From: a virus
Taxonomy: Duplodnaviria > Heunggongvirae > Uroviricota > Caudoviricetes
DNA: 64,000 nucleotides
Strand: one strand, 5' to 3'
IMG/VR virus record: IMGVR_UViG_3300022753_000047
The notes under the pieces were generated by a model. That model did no database searches, was not told where the DNA came from, and saw only the letters and a list, made by a program, of their open reading frames with translations. Of this stretch, positions 28,544 to 37,846 are shown in pieces. The position numbers and the translations under genes are program-made. Numbering within the stretch: position 1 is the stretch's first letter; every line of letters begins with the position of its first letter.

Positions 28544-29942
28544 TGCCCATGACCTCCTGATATTTTTCTTTTACCAAATACGAAACCAGAGCCACACGCT
28601 CATTGGGAAGTTCGCCGTTAATTACTTTCTCAAGAACCTCATTCAACACAACGCCGACGGCCTTGCCTTCAGAGAGGTACAGGAGATTCATCACATCGTG
28701 ACCGTCAATCGCAAGGTCTTTGAGCTTAAAGCACTGGTTGTTCTTGATGACCTCTTCCAGAATGACTCCGAGCGCTGCGCACCGTTCGATTCTGGATTCT
28801 TGTGTGTCTTTGGCGTGAGCTTGAATGTCGGCCATACGGATGTTCAGCAAGCGGACGAACTGTTTTTCACCGATCTTGTTGAGCCATCTGCGAACCGTCT
28901 TTGGAGTAGGCTCAATAATAGCATCGTGGTGCAAAACAAGCTCCAAAATGTCCGATTTGGATTTATTATCAAACCGGAGTTTGGTAAGCACTTTTTCGGA
29001 AATATCATGGCTAAAAACGCCATGACCGTAGAAATGGCCGCCCTTTTCATCTTCTGTGTAGCAGTGGGGCTTGCCAATATCATGCAGGAGCAGTGACATC
29101 TTAACTACGATATCGTCGCCGTCATAGTTGGAAACCGCATGGGCGATATGCTCGTAGACATTGTACTCGTGGAATCGGTTGTTCTGATCGAAACCGACAC
29201 ACGGCTGCATTTCCGGGATGATGGTGGTAATTACATCGTTGTACTCCAGAAGTACATTGAGGACACCCTTGCCGCAGAGCATCTTGCACAGCTCAGACTG
29301 GATGCGCTCAGCGGCGATGTTTTTAAGAAGCTCTTTATTCCGGTGGATGGACTGAGATGTTTTCTCTTCGATAGTAAACCCATAAGTTGAAGCAAACCGC
29401 ATAGCTCTTAGGATACGAAGTGCATCTTCGTTAAACCTGTCGTCCGGGTTTCCAACACAGCGTATCACACCGTTTTTCAAGTCTTCACGACCGTGAAACG
29501 GGTCTACCAAACCGGCCTGATTAAAGGCCATTGCATTGATGGTGAAGTCCCTGCGAGACAAATCCTTATAAATGCTGTCGGTAAACTCCACACTGTCAGG
29601 ATGTCGGTTGTCCGAGTAATCTCCGTCGATACGAAATGTGGTGACCTCAAACTTTCCAGACCGCTCCATGTCTACCGTAATCGTGCCGTGTTTCAGGCCG
29701 GTGTCGATGGTTCGCACACTGCAGCGAGCGAAGTATTCCTTCATTTCCTCCGGCGTTGCCGAAGTGCAGATATCCCAATCCTTGGGTTCCAAACCCAACA
29801 GGCTGTCACGAACACAACCACCGACCACATATGCTTCATGGTGTGCATACCGAAGACCCTGCACGATGACCTTAGCACCACGAGGAATTGTGATCTTACA
29901 CATCGATTGCCCTCCTGTTAATTGACACGATGAACTCCTCAA
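28536..29942 (-). CDS. cca: CCA-adding enzyme / tRNA nucleotidyltransferase with HD domain
   Basis: GGCVRDSLLG, DWDICT and RRDFTINAMA head-domain motifs. LLLHDIGK HD motif. Confidence 0.8.
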   Translation of the reverse strand: MRSSSCQLTGGQSMCKITIPRGAKVIVQGLRYAHHEAYVVGGCVRDSLLGLEPKDWDICTSATPEEMKEYFARCSVRTIDTGLKHGTITVDMERSGKFEVTTFRIDGDYSDNRHPDSVEFTDSIYKDLSRRDFTINAMAFNQAGLVDPFHGREDLKNGVIRCVGNPDDRFNEDALRILRAMRFASTYGFTIEEKTSQSIHRNKELLKNIAAERIQSELCKMLCGKGVLNVLLEYNDVITTIIPEMQPCVGFDQNNRFHEYNVYEHIAHAVSNYDGDDIVVKMSLLLHDIGKPHCYTEDEKGGHFYGHGVFSHDISEKVLTKLRFDNKSKSDILELVLHHDAIIEPTPKTVRRWLNKIGEKQFVRLLNIRMADIQAHAKDTQESRIERCAALGVILEEVIKNNQCFKLKDLAIDGHDVMNLLYLSEGKAVGVVLNEVLEKVINGELPNERVALVSYLVKEKYQEVMGNG

Positions 29943-30927
29943 CCTTTTTCATGTCGGGAGCAACGGGAAGAGAGGTGTTGTTTTTGGCGTAGGCCAAGCG
30001 TTTCTCGTATTCAGAAACCATTTCAAAGAACTCCGGTTTGTAAGTTCCGTCTTCGTTCTGATACTTACCATTCCGAATTTCCAGAAGCATCTCTCTGTCG
30101 CTTTCTCTGTATGTCCTGATTTCTTCCTTTTCCAGAATATCAAGGCACATCAGATACAGGCGGATCAGGTGCATGGCGTGCTTGTTGAGATGGTTGTCGT
30201 CTTTCTTGTGGTTCCGATGATTCAGCTTTTCATAGTTGCCAATCACATTTGACAAGGTGTTCATCATAATGCTGAACTCTCTTGCCGGATATTTGTCGAG
30301 GTGGATGTTGCAGTAAACCTCACGGTCGAGGTCATCTCGTGGACTTTCGTCCGTAAACAAAGTGATGCCGCCGTTATCGAACACAGTGTATCTGTCACCA
30401 AAAGCCTTGAGCGCACGCTCCATGGCCTTTCGGATGTGTTCTTCATTGTCTGCCTGGGACATCCTATCTCTGGCGAGAGCATTTTCCAGACGGCGAAGCT
30501 GTTGTGTTGCGTATCCACCAAATGAGTTGACTGCTTTCTGAGAAAGAAAGAGATGCCGATTATCGATCATCTCCTGACCAGCCTCAGACACGAAGAAGTA
30601 GTGTTCGGGCTTACAGCCGAGCAGCTCAATCGTGTTAGGATTGCAGTTGAGCAGGAGACTTACCAACTTGTTGAAGCCGTAAATCGTTGTATCGGTCTGG
30701 GTGTTTACTACCTGCTCGAAATTGGAAAGGCCAAGCAGATCGCTTTTGCTGTTCATGGCACAACCACGGACATCTACATCAGAAGTCTCAATGTTTGTAC
30801 CGTATGCGTAGCTGCCACCAAGCGTCAGGAACATGATGCGCCCCGACAAATGTGGGTTTGTCCTCAGAAAATCATACGATTCTCCGCTAACCATTTCTTT
30901 GATCTGTTCGATGGTCAAGCGATCCAC
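29896..30927 (-). CDS. nucleotidyltransferase (Pol beta superfamily, minimal NTase fold)
   Basis: GSYAYGTNIETSDVDVRG is the G[SG]x9-13DxD NTase signature. Confidence 0.55.
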   Translation of the reverse strand: MDRLTIEQIKEMVSGESYDFLRTNPHLSGRIMFLTLGGSYAYGTNIETSDVDVRGCAMNSKSDLLGLSNFEQVVNTQTDTTIYGFNKLVSLLLNCNPNTIELLGCKPEHYFFVSEAGQEMIDNRHLFLSQKAVNSFGGYATQQLRRLENALARDRMSQADNEEHIRKAMERALKAFGDRYTVFDNGGITLFTDESPRDDLDREVYCNIHLDKYPAREFSIMMNTLSNVIGNYEKLNHRNHKKDDNHLNKHAMHLIRLYLMCLDILEKEEIRTYRESDREMLLEIRNGKYQNEDGTYKPEFFEMVSEYEKRLAYAKNNTSLPVAPDMKKVEEFIVSINRRAIDV

Positions 30928-31442
30928 CTCCTGTAATTCTTAAAATGTTGTATAAGTGACTCCACTCCCGGCCTCACCACACACCTTTACGCTGTGCCAT
31001 ATTACCACCACAGCATGACCTCTTGTGCCATGCCAGTAGTCCTTTCAGCCTTTCTATCGGGGAGCAGGGGGGTTAGTGTTTCCCGTCTTAGCTTACCAAG
31101 GTATTTCGGTGTACCGATATATACACCCGTTGCACCTCTCCCAGCCTCCGCAGAGAACTGGGCCGTTACCATCTGTGTGCGGCCATGGCCTGTGCGCAGC
31201 TTCCGCACTCCATCAGTGGTACAACGCCACCTAACCGCTCTTTTCTTTAACGCCCGGTCACATCATTTGAGTTTTGGTTTCTTGTTTACCGCCGTGTTTC
31301 CCTCACGGCATCATGCACCCGGTCAGTTTTTATTTTATGGACGAGTCAGAACCGTCACTCGTCCCGATGTGCCACCTTGGAATCCGACCGCCACTCACAG
31401 CCGTGATATGTTATCTCAATCGGGCCAAACATATAGACACGA
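30928..31442 (-). ncRNA. candidate structured non-coding RNA (515-nt ORF-free gap inside the operon)
   Basis: No minus-strand ORF. The plus-strand ORF is Pro/Arg/Ser-rich and reads like non-coding sequence. Multiple strong hairpins: GGACGAGT-N10-ACTCGTCC, GCCGTG-N7-CACGGC, a GGCCATGGCC palindrome, GTGCG-N7-CGCAC. Confidence 0.3.
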
Positions 31443-31946
31443 TTAGTGCTTGCTGATAACCCGCTTGAACTTCAGCTCGCTGTTTTCGATATACTCGTCA
31501 ATCAAACGGCTCTGTTCCTTGGTTTCCGCATACGCAGTAATCGTGATTGTTTTCTTACTCCAATCCAGTGTGTAGGTATCAGCCGCCACATTGGTTACAT
31601 GATGCTTTGCCAGAAAATCTCGGAGTTTCTTCATTGCCTGCAAGTCATCTGACATAATCACATTCACATAGGTTTTCTCTTTAGAGAACTTGTTGCTTAC
31701 TGCAACTGCCAGACAGCATCCAACGCCACTGGCAATCGACACAACGATCAGTGCAAAACTGTTATCGGTTGTGACAATGTTTTTCGTGATGCAAAGGTAC
31801 AGGAAATTGGATAATCCCAACGCCAGTCCGGCCAGAATACAGCGATTGCGCTGAACCAGAATCGTCTTGGCAGTACCCAACATATTGTCGATTACCTTTG
31901 CAACGAACAGGATTGTAAAGTAAATCCACCCAGTCAAAAATATCAC
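31443..31946 (-). CDS. UPF0316/DUF2179-family membrane protein
   Basis: Two to three N-terminal TM helices, followed by a soluble C-terminal domain. Confidence 0.45.
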   Translation of the reverse strand: MIFLTGWIYFTILFVAKVIDNMLGTAKTILVQRNRCILAGLALGLSNFLYLCITKNIVTTDNSFALIVVSIASGVGCCLAVAVSNKFSKEKTYVNVIMSDDLQAMKKLRDFLAKHHVTNVAADTYTLDWSKKTITITAYAETKEQSRLIDEYIENSELKFKRVISKH

Positions 31947-32278
31947 TCCTAACTCTTATCTCTCACTCTTTTGACCAGGATTAGCATTGTAATGCTGGCA
32001 TCAAGTGCGCTTATATCTCTTGTGTCACAATGGCTGGGAAGAAACCCAGATTTCAAACAGAAAATTTCCACGGTGGCATATCGCCTTGTTTACCCCATGG
32101 GCAACGATCTTAGCCGTCACTTGTCTGGTCACGCAGTAAGGTCGCTTCGACAGGCACCAGACTATTTTCCCCTTACCCGGATACCGATATCACCTAAGTC
32201 GGAAGGGTGTGTAATAGGTTCTTTTGTTAGAGGTGCGCCACAAGCCGTACACACTCAGCTCCCTATGAAACATTCGTT

Positions 32279-33370
32279 TTATTCGTCGTTTGCCAGCAGG
32301 AAATCGGGGTTGATGACCTTGAAACTGATGTCGGGGTCATAACTCCGCATAACCACGCCTTCTCGCTTCTGTCCGGCGAGCAGAGTGGAAGTACCCTTGG
32401 CATACTCCACCAGGTCAGCAATGGTCTCGGGCAGAACTTTACCCTCCTCCAGAACGGGAACCGCCTTGATGCTAAATGGATGCAGCAGTCGTGCAATTTC
32501 TCTGGTATCGCACTTGCGGTCAGGGAAAATCAGGTTAAATGCGTAGAAATCGTAGCTATTAACCCGATATTTGTTCTTTTGGATGCCGGGGCCGATGATT
32601 TCTCCCTGCAAAACGATGCGGTCATGGTCACCAATGAGCTGCATCAGCACAGACTTAATGTCGTACTTGGCAGCGATTGACCAGTAAGAACTGTTGTCGG
32701 GCTTACCCAAACGAATGTTTCGGGAGCATACGCCGAACTCATATTTCTTACGACCGACTTTTTCCAGGAAGTATGTAGCGGACTGACCGTCGATCTTCTC
32801 CGTAACCATGAAACGAGTACCGTTCTTTTTCTCGTTCTCGAACATGGTAGTCTTGTTCTGGATGCGTTCCTCGTCAGTCTTGACGATCCATGCAGGGAAG
32901 CCTTTCTTCTTGGGCTTCGGGCCGAAACACTTACGGAACCAACGGAACCTCATCATGAACTGGAACAGCTTGCCGTACTGTTTCACACGGCTGTCATCTG
33001 CACAGGCCAGAAGCTGACGCTCCTGCTCAGCCTGCGGGTCATATTTCTTGATGCCCAGGATTTCCGTTACATCCATATCCAGCGCATAGGTGCCGGGAGG
33101 AAGGATGCTCATGGGGAGAACCAGACCCTGGGAGACCTGTTTGCGGAGCTTGATGGTACGAACACGGAACTTTCTATCCCGCAGGAACTCAAACTCTGGT
33201 CGGTCAGGCACGATGGAATCCACTTCGATGTAGACAATGTGCTGGCCAACTGCAAATTCGCCTTTCTGGACAACGCACTCCCAGCCATCAACCTGTGCAA
33301 CCTCGATCCGGTCTGCACCAGGGATGGGGCGAATATCTGAGATAGTGCGGATGGTTGCTAACCTTCGCAT
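32279..33370 (-). CDS. ATP-dependent RNA ligase, Rnl-type (DraRnl-like) with N-terminal OB/tRNA-binding-like domain
   Basis: Motif I KIDGQS (TEKIDGQSATYF). N-terminal RLATIRTISDIRPIPGADRIEVAQVDGWECVV resembles tRNA-binding OB domains. Confidence 0.55.
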   Translation of the reverse strand: MRRLATIRTISDIRPIPGADRIEVAQVDGWECVVQKGEFAVGQHIVYIEVDSIVPDRPEFEFLRDRKFRVRTIKLRKQVSQGLVLPMSILPPGTYALDMDVTEILGIKKYDPQAEQERQLLACADDSRVKQYGKLFQFMMRFRWFRKCFGPKPKKKGFPAWIVKTDEERIQNKTTMFENEKKNGTRFMVTEKIDGQSATYFLEKVGRKKYEFGVCSRNIRLGKPDNSSYWSIAAKYDIKSVLMQLIGDHDRIVLQGEIIGPGIQKNKYRVNSYDFYAFNLIFPDRKCDTREIARLLHPFSIKAVPVLEEGKVLPETIADLVEYAKGTSTLLAGQKREGVVMRSYDPDISFKVINPDFLLANDE

Positions 33371-33389
33371 TGGTTATCCTCCGTTGCAT

Positions 33390-33659
33390 TTAATAATTTT
33401 CTTCTATTTCCCAGAACACATATAGGAGTACGGCAGTGAGAATAGAAAACAGGATTACGCACGGAATCAGTTGGAGCAATACAACCGCTCCATGAACAAG
33501 AGCCCTAACGAGAATTACGAAAAACCAAAGAATACAACCAAGCTCTCCGCCAAACACCACGATTGCAGCGAAAATCAGGAGAGCAATGTATGGGATGTCA
33601 TTTAGTTTCGGCCCATCTTCAACCATGCGTTCAACCCGATCTTTTAAGGATTGGATCAT
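33390..33659 (-). CDS. hypothetical membrane protein
   Basis: 89 aa, 2 TM helices. Confidence 0.4.
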   Translation of the reverse strand: MIQSLKDRVERMVEDGPKLNDIPYIALLIFAAIVVFGGELGCILWFFVILVRALVHGAVVLLQLIPCVILFSILTAVLLYVFWEIEENY

Positions 33660-33673
33660 TGTGGCATTAACAC

Positions 33674-33994
33674 CTACCGTTCAAACATAATGCAATCCCG
33701 GATGAGGCGTTCTCGCAGCAAATCATCTTCCATATCCGCAAAATCAATCCAGTGGAACTGGTCTGTGATATCACCGGAAATATCGAAAACTCGATTACCG
33801 ATTTTGGTGGCGAAATGGTTGGCGACTTCGTCATACACCACGGTCGGATGGTATCGCTCAAACCTCGTGAAGAGGATAAGCGCAAACCAGTAGCAGCATC
33901 CACAGGTGAACGCTGTCACAACCTGGTCGAACTTCCCGTTCAGAGTAAAACGGCTTGTAAAACTCTGAACTTCTTTGTTAATCATTTCTTGCAT
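33674..33994 (-). CDS. hypothetical protein
   Basis: 106-aa ORF. Confidence 0.4.
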   Translation of the reverse strand: MQEMINKEVQSFTSRFTLNGKFDQVVTAFTCGCCYWFALILFTRFERYHPTVVYDEVANHFATKIGNRVFDISGDITDQFHWIDFADMEDDLLRERLIRDCIMFER

Positions 33995-34055
33995 TGAAAA
34001 TCACCCGGAAAATGAAAAGCCCATGGATGCGAGACCCATGGGCTTGATCGGTTAT

Positions 34056-34949
34056 TTAGTTCACGCCGTCAATACTGACGATAGCGCCAGCACCGGAGAC
34101 GGTGGGCATCTTACCATCCCACTGCTCGTACTTGATCTTCTCAATCAGTTCTGCGGTCAGGGAGGCAGCGATCTTTCTGTTTGCATCAGCCTCTGCTTCG
34201 GCGGCAATGCGGATGACCTCGGCCTCGGCATTGGCTTCGATGATTGCCTTTTCAGCCGCAATCTGTGCGACCTCTTTTTCCTTATTGGCATTCACTTTGG
34301 CAGTCTGCGCTTCAATATTGGCCAACTCCAGCTCCTGCTGTGCAGTAACTTTCTTCTGGATGGCTGCCGCTGTCTCTGCATCCACGGAGATGTCCGTGAA
34401 GTTCACGGTATCAATGATGATACCGTACTGGTCGAATTTTTCACGCAGGTATGTATCCAGTTCAGCATTGATCTGAGTACGCTTGTCACCAAAGATGTCT
34501 GTGACAGGATAGTTTGCGGAAACTTCCTGTGTCCATGCGATAATCTTGGGCTTAATAAATGTGTCTTTGATGCTCTCACCAGATTTACCCTTGAACATTA
34601 CGAAAGTATCAGCAACTCTTGCCTCGTCAAAACGGTAGGAGAACTCCAAATTGACACGAACCGTTTTACCATCGGAAGTGGGGATGCTGAAACTCTCATC
34701 CTTGGGAGAGTCACCCTTTTCCTCGGCAGTCAGGTAGGACTGCTCAATACCAATGGAGTATGTAGTGACCTTTTTGGTGGGAGACACCAGATGCCAGCCC
34801 TGAGTCAGAACTTCACCATCCACGCCGCCGTTCATGTTGTACACAACGCCGACATAACCGGCAGGCACCTTTTCCAGACAGATGACCGCACCGGCCAGAC
34901 CCAGCACCAGACACAGTGCCAGAATTACTGCACCAATTTTACCCTTCAT
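34056..34949 (-). CDS. SPFH/band-7 (stomatin/prohibitin-like) membrane protein
   Basis: N-terminal TM then SPFH core. C-terminal Ala/Glu-rich coiled coil. Start trimmed to the Met of MKGKIGAV. Confidence 0.6.
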   Translation of the reverse strand: MKGKIGAVILALCLVLGLAGAVICLEKVPAGYVGVVYNMNGGVDGEVLTQGWHLVSPTKKVTTYSIGIEQSYLTAEEKGDSPKDESFSIPTSDGKTVRVNLEFSYRFDEARVADTFVMFKGKSGESIKDTFIKPKIIAWTQEVSANYPVTDIFGDKRTQINAELDTYLREKFDQYGIIIDTVNFTDISVDAETAAAIQKKVTAQQELELANIEAQTAKVNANKEKEVAQIAAEKAIIEANAEAEVIRIAAEAEADANRKIAASLTAELIEKIKYEQWDGKMPTVSGAGAIVSIDGVN

Positions 34950-35127
34950 TCGTTGATTCCTTTCTTTCCTCGCTTGATTTTGCGGGTTCATCTCCCGCAA
35001 TTTCCTTTTTTGCATCGTTGAACAGGCGCAGACCGATACCGCCGATGCCCTTAAAGGCAAAGCTCAGGCAGAACCAGATAAGTACCAGTGCAGCGATGAC
35101 CAGAAACCAGAAAACTACATTCATCAC
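34939..35127 (-). CDS. small membrane protein (possible NfeD-like partner of SPFH)
   Basis: 62 aa with a single TM helix, immediately upstream of the SPFH gene. Confidence 0.3.
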   Translation of the reverse strand: MMNVVFWFLVIAALVLIWFCLSFAFKGIGGIGLRLFNDAKKEIAGDEPAKSSEERKESTNEG

Positions 35128-35138
35128 ACCACCCCGAT

Positions 35139-35591
35139 TTAGATTTTATATAAGGTAAGATGATGCTCACGAAAAACATCCGTCAGCATATCCAGAACCT
35201 TTCCCCAATCGCCACCACCGAGGCCGCAACCAATTCTGTAAGGCATGGCAATCGTGTTGCCCGCCTTGACATTGGCCGCAATCTCTCTGCAACCACAGCG
35301 CAAAGCCTCGAAGTTGGTGTACTTCTTGCCATCCCGGCCAAACTGGAACTGACCAAAAATGTTGATGATGGCAGTGTTCTCATTTACACGAACGCCCTGA
35401 ATCTGCCCAAGCAGAGCTTCTCGGTTGTTCGCATGGTCATCACAGACCTTTTTGTATTTGTCAAACACCTCTGGCCATTTGGCACGAATCTGCTTGGCAA
35501 CACCACTGCCCATGACTCCCTGGCAGTTGACCTGGTGGCATATGTATTGTGCAGAAGACTCCATCAAGTCCCCGTTAATAATCCGAATCAT
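35139..35591 (-). CDS. macro domain protein (ADP-ribose binding / hydrolase)
   Basis: IINGDLMESSAQYICHQVNCQGVMGSGVAKQI matches the macro N-terminal motif (GDIT...VNAAN..L.GGGV). Confidence 0.7.
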   Translation of the reverse strand: MIRIINGDLMESSAQYICHQVNCQGVMGSGVAKQIRAKWPEVFDKYKKVCDDHANNREALLGQIQGVRVNENTAIINIFGQFQFGRDGKKYTNFEALRCGCREIAANVKAGNTIAMPYRIGCGLGGGDWGKVLDMLTDVFREHHLTLYKI

Positions 35592-35811
35592 CAGTGATTC
35601 CCTCCTCCGATAAGAGCCACTCTTTTTGGTGATCTACGGCATCTTCATAACCGTAATAAGTGTGGCCGTCAGTCGTGCGGTAGTATGTTGTCTCTCCACA
35701 CTCGCACCATTCGCCGTCATACCCCTCGTCGTATTCGCGCTCAGCATACTCACTGACGAGAAGTTCAGCGAGGCGTTCAATGTCCTGCAACAGCCGTTCA
35801 AGGTTTGTCAT
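35575..35811 (-). CDS. hypothetical acidic protein
   Basis: 78-aa ORF. Confidence 0.35.
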   Translation of the reverse strand: MTNLERLLQDIERLAELLVSEYAEREYDEGYDGEWCECGETTYYRTTDGHTYYGYEDAVDHQKEWLLSEEGITDDSDY

Positions 35812-36224
35812 GACGCATCCTCCGTTAAAACTCTCGGGTGATAAACTCTGTTCTCCATGCGTTCCTCAGCTTTTCTTGTTCTGCCGAGGGCTTCACGCAG
35901 AAGGTTCATCATGTTCTTGCCCTTATCGCTGTCCAGGAACTGAACGAGTGGCTCCAAAATTTCGGCGGTGTCTTTGTGCTCTCGGCGGAGTTGTCTGCAC
36001 TGCATTAGCTTCGTGGCGACCTTGGCACGCTCTGCATAGTCGAGTTCGTCCAGTTCCAGCTTGTGCAGGTAATCCTGTGTGAGCCGATCCATTCGGTTGA
36101 CTTCCTCACGACTCCAGGTGTAATCCTTGACCGCATCTTCCATCATCCTGCAGACGCCGCTGATGTACGGAGAGAACTGGGGCGTTTCCTTCTTTTTCTT
36201 CTTAGCGATAAGGAACACCTCCAA
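35808..36224 (-). CDS. hypothetical protein
   Basis: 138-aa ORF. Confidence 0.4.
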   Translation of the reverse strand: MEVFLIAKKKKKETPQFSPYISGVCRMMEDAVKDYTWSREEVNRMDRLTQDYLHKLELDELDYAERAKVATKLMQCRQLRREHKDTAEILEPLVQFLDSDKGKNMMNLLREALGRTRKAEERMENRVYHPRVLTEDAS

Positions 36225-36456
36225 GTAAGAGCAACTCGATTATTTCATCCGTGTCTGCCACATCGAAATCAGGAGCCTCGTCAAGCTCTATCCACTCAGC
36301 AGCACTTGGCTTGATGAGCAGGGCTTTGTTTGCCAATTCCACGAAGTAGATCACATTTCCAACGATTTCTCTAATCGTAAAAATCCCTGTCTCGCCGAAC
36401 CCCTCGAAGCGGATCATCTCTCCGGGCGCCATTTCAAGTATTCTTCTGAAAGACAT
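36202..36456 (-). CDS. hypothetical protein
   Basis: Track ORF trimmed to the internal Met. Confidence 0.35.
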   Translation of the reverse strand: MSFRRILEMAPGEMIRFEGFGETGIFTIREIVGNVIYFVELANKALLIKPSAAEWIELDEAPDFDVADTDEIIELLLLGGVPYR

Positions 36457-36466
36457 GACGCCTCCT

Positions 36467-37762
36467 TTATCCGTAGCTAATATCATCTTTGTCGGTTCGC
36501 AGGGAAACAAAAACAGGAAACTGCAAACTGCGGTTCCCTGTGGACTTATCAAACGATATTTCCTTGTATTTCACTTCGGCAAGAACGCCGGTGACCTCTT
36601 CCTGGTGCGACCAGAACCACGCTCTCTGTTCATCCGTAAACCCGGAGCCAACTCCTACTTCAACGCCGTCGTAATCGACTACGATAGCGCCGAGAGTATT
36701 GGACAACTTACCCGTTCCGGCCTCACATCGAATGATGGGCAAGTCCATGGTGTAAAACCGCTTCACTTTTAGGATACCGCCGTGCCGTTTGCACTGGTAA
36801 GGAACATCAAGATTGACCATCAATCCCTCTTTGTCTTCGTTTACCATGCGTTCCAAAAGTGGAGCGATTACAGATTGATCTGTTCCGCAATACAATGCAG
36901 GAAGCACACGAACATGGTCGTTTCCTTGCAGTTCAGAAGCAAGGCGATCCAACTGCTCTCGCCGTTCACTGTATGTTGCGGAGCTTACGCCACGATCAAA
37001 CTCATAAACGGGTAAAACATCAAAAACCGTGAAGCAAACCTGTGTTTTATCATCGTTTTCAGAGTTGACAATTCCCGTGGTTATGCGGAATGCTTCATTA
37101 TCGGAGTGGCCACCTTTGTGCTTTAAGGTCAGCTCTCCATCAAAAACCAACTCTGAGTAAGGTTCAAGCACATTTACAATGTGATCGAGGCCATTCAGCA
37201 CAGTTCCACTGCGACCACGCAATTCTCCACGGTAAAGTGTAGCCCGAACTCCATTCAGCTTCTCAGAAACCGAGAACCATACCCCATCTTTCAGCGGATG
37301 CTTTTCAATAGGATATGCCTGCTGAACCTCCCACTCAGGGATAAGACCAGGAATGGCTTTGTTTACGCTCTTAGCAGTGACACCAAGCCGCAGGGTCTTG
37401 GCGAGAAGTTTCTTGAACATCTCACGATACCCCTCGTCTTGTGTCTCCAGAAAAGCAAGGACTTGATACACAGTCGCATCGTCCAGAGCTTTTCTTTTGC
37501 TGAGCGTTTCACACACCTCAAAGATTGAAGTAAATGTGAGAGTGATTGCTGGATTATACACGCATCTTTGGAACAGTGTTGCTTCCGACACCTTATAGGA
37601 AAGCAGCGGATGACAGGCGTAGTAAAGCAACTGCCTAAAAATACTGTCATCCTTGTTCTGAGCCATGATTGACAGCTTTTCCTTTGATCCGCGTGCTTCT
37701 TGCAGTCTCTTCATTTCAGCTACTGCATTATGCAAATCGCCCATTGTTGCTCCCGCCTCCAT
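36467..37762 (-). CDS. ATP-dependent DNA ligase-family protein
   Basis: Ligase motifs: I KLNGVR (Asn in place of Asp), III FDGELTL, IV EGLMVN, V LKVKRF. C-terminal OB domain. Confidence 0.6.
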   Translation of the reverse strand: MEAGATMGDLHNAVAEMKRLQEARGSKEKLSIMAQNKDDSIFRQLLYYACHPLLSYKVSEATLFQRCVYNPAITLTFTSIFEVCETLSKRKALDDATVYQVLAFLETQDEGYREMFKKLLAKTLRLGVTAKSVNKAIPGLIPEWEVQQAYPIEKHPLKDGVWFSVSEKLNGVRATLYRGELRGRSGTVLNGLDHIVNVLEPYSELVFDGELTLKHKGGHSDNEAFRITTGIVNSENDDKTQVCFTVFDVLPVYEFDRGVSSATYSERREQLDRLASELQGNDHVRVLPALYCGTDQSVIAPLLERMVNEDKEGLMVNLDVPYQCKRHGGILKVKRFYTMDLPIIRCEAGTGKLSNTLGAIVVDYDGVEVGVGSGFTDEQRAWFWSHQEEVTGVLAEVKYKEISFDKSTGNRSLQFPVFVSLRTDKDDISYG

Positions 37763-37846
37763 TTCCGTCAGAGTAATAGAAATAGAACAAGAGCAACACA
37801 GCAGCGACCACAGGGATTACTACTGAATTGCTCATGTTTCACCGCC

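Noticed and set aside
30994-31446. 150-aa plus-strand ORF in the 515-nt gap
   Set aside because: Pro/Arg/Ser/Val-rich composition with no motifs and opposite to the operon orientation. The region is better explained as a structured RNA or UTR.
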